A model generated the notes under the pieces. It did not search any database. It was given only the letters and a program-made list of their open reading frames with translations, and was not told the origin of the DNA. DNA of 64,000 nucleotides from positions 362 to 64,361 of the forward strand of contig JAUCBJ010008503.1 in assembly GCA_032718475.1 (NCBI GenBank), written 5' to 3'. Position 1 is the stretch's first letter; every line of letters begins with the position of its first letter. This DNA is from Nemertoderma westbladi. Its lineage: Eukaryota > Animalia > Xenacoelomorpha. Both the position numbers and the translations under genes were made by a program. Of the stretch, positions 61,688 through 64,000 are shown one piece after another.

Positions 61688-63267
61688 GTGCTGACATCAT
61701 ACTTGGACGGCCCCTATACCAGAATACCATAAACAATATACAATGATGCATAACAATGTACAGTGGGTGGTATTAATGTAAATGTACACTTAAATAGCTG
61801 CGCTCATTAACTTCTGCCACGAACTCACGTCCCTGATCTGACATCACGATCTCCGGCTCCGCCACCCCCGTAGCGAGTCAACAATTCGTACAGAAATTCC
61901 GCTTCGCGAGTCTTTTCTAGGAAGAGCCTTGGCTTCCGGCCATTTAGTAAAGTAGTCCGTACATGTCATCATATACTGTACGCATTTCCCTTCAGCGTCA
62001 ACGGTAGCGGCCCTTTTAAATCGATTCCACTACTTCGATCGACCGAGTCCGGCTTACTGTAACTTGAATTGAATTAAGAGCAAGGTTCGATTTCAGTTTA
62101 GTTACACAGATAGCCCGCCACGATTGCCCATATACCATATATGGGGGGGGGGGGGGGGGGACGGGACGCAATAAAAATTCATCCCTCTCCAGGGCAATTT
62201 CGACGCAAATAACAGCTGATTATTCTCAAAAATAAAACTGTAACCTGTTCTATTATGCTTAGTTTATTGTTTTGGTTAAAATAACGTGCCACTGTAACCT
62301 GCTCCTTTCCCTAAATTGAGACTTTAACATTGAGGCGGGATATTAATTCGCAGACCTACCGTTACCGTTAACTGCTGCACTGTCAGCTTTTTTATCTTAA
62401 TTCTGAGTCTTATCTTAATTCTTTGCAGTTGGGGTGGGGCATTTGGCGCGGAAGGGGGTCATTACGCGCCTGCGAGTATACCCGGGGGGTCATTACGCGC
62501 TGGCGATTACGCCCGGGGGGCGTATTCTACAGGGGGGCAATTTCGACTGGGACACCGGTACCCGTACCGGTGAAAAGACCTGTAGTCTGGTAGCAGGGTA
62601 TATAGTATAGGATAATTATTAAAAAAAACATGGTCCATAAAACAGTACCGGTACTGCAGTGTAGACATTTGGCATTTTGAAAATTTTCTTTCAGTTTTCA
62701 CCGCTATTATTTATTTTTATTATTATTTGTTTTTATTTATACCAAATTACCAAATGGTCGTACACATTAATTATAACAATAACGTCATTATTTTTAATTC
62801 GCAGGGTAAGCATTTAATAATTTATATTAAAGGGATTTAGTTTTTGAATATGGATAGTGCACTGATAGTAGTTGGCAGTAGGCAGTTGGCCTAGTATTAT
62901 TCATCCACTCAACGACCAGTTCGGGGGGGGGGGGGGGGGTGGGGTACTAGCCTATCCAACCAGCAACAGCTCAGGCGATTTCCCTTTTTTCCCACAAAGT
63001 ACTGTATATTTTATTTTACTTTTTATTCAATTAATTTAATTTGTATTTTTAGGATATGAAACTGGATAAAATCGCAATATTTTGTATTTTTTTGTAATTT
63101 TATTTTCTTGTATTTTATCTTACTGTAGCTCATTTATTAGTTTATAGCGCTACGCGCAACAGGCCTCCACTCCAGGATATGTTAACTTCATCAACTTACG
63201 CAAATTTGAAGTTTTTATATTACAACAAAACACATACCACAAACACTAATTATATCCTCTTAAAGGT

Positions 63268-63313
<46 letters not shown>

Positions 63314-64000
63314 CATCGTTTCACCCCCAGTCTTATTTCTTCTTCCGATTTTTTCATGTGTTTTCCAATGTAAACTTTTATGGTAATTCTGAATCTGAAA
63401 TCAGTTTTTCGATAAGTTGTTTTGTTCTCGAGTTATGGCAACTTTTGTAATTTTTCACCCAAAATTTGAAAAATTTTTAATTCTGGTGCAGCACCACATT
63501 TGACACCAAAAAAGACAATGAAACACCCAGAAATGTCGAAATATTTTGTCATTTTCGGAATCAGCGCTAAAAATTAGCATATGGGTATCAAAACCGCCAA
63601 CGCGAAGATCATATTTAAAATTTTTTAAAAAATTTTCACTTCAAGTGCATTTTGGTCAGTTATATTCAGAAGGAAATTTAAATGTCATTTTTCTCGCATT
63701 GGCTTTTTTTGGGACACTTTCTCTATCTGCTTTTTAACTACTCAACCGATTTTCGTTCTGTTTGCAGAATTATGTAGTAGATGAATATTCTGCACAAAAA
63801 TTGTTGGCAGAATTTTGAAATTTTGTTTAAAAAAAGTTATGGCATTTTTTGTGCGTAAAAAATCGCGAAATTTTGGATTTTTTTTTCAATTTTTCGGTAT
63901 TTTTGAAACGAAAAATGCCATAACTTTTTTAAACAAAATTTCAAAAAAAGTTGTTTATATTCTGTCAGTACAGGTGCAATAACCTTCTGCTTTATATACC

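Larger units (their letters stand above)
49077..61714. mobile_element. PIF/Harbinger-type MITE split by the Bel/Pao insertion
   Basis: TIR GGGGCCGTCCAAGTATGA with a 3-bp TSD TAT. Confidence 0.8.
48847..62558. mobile_element. Outer TIR element (CCGGTGTC ends) enclosing the Harbinger MITE and the Bel/Pao element
   Basis: CCGGTGTCACAGGCGAAAATGC versus GCAATTTCGACTGGGACACCGG, with C/G-rich subterminal repeats. Confidence 0.55.

Noticed and set aside
62080-62097. Pol III B-box-like GGTTCGATTTC
   Set aside because: No A box or cloverleaf.
63268-63311. Long poly-G and poly-C tracts (also 61655-61683, 62143, 62922)
   Set aside because: They lie within MITE-like DNA and homopolymer lengths are unreliable.

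Overview
Eukaryotic (animal, probably invertebrate) genomic DNA that is very rich in transposons. It holds two convergent, apparently intronless host genes: CRTC/TORC (28066-29688, +) and Nipped-B/NIPBL (36086-42094, -). Most of the rest is nested mobile DNA: a Mag-like Ty3/Gypsy element split by several DNA-transposon insertions, CR1 and RTE LINE fragments, hAT, MULE-like, Harbinger and EnSpm-like non-autonomous elements, and minisatellites. The most notable system is a Bel/Pao LTR family seen three times: a full element at 49286-61527, a 3' part at 1-2316 and a solo LTR at 6460-7688. It has no tRNA-type PBS. Instead an 11-nt sequence abutting the 5' LTR is exactly complementary to a site inside the LTR, the geometry of Tf1-type self-priming. 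Its R-U5 region carries hairpins that covary between subfamilies, its pol has been reduced by two in-frame deletions, and it has an extra 3' ORF encoding a multi-zinc-knuckle protein that appears to be under purifying selection. All alignments and coordinates were done by eye.
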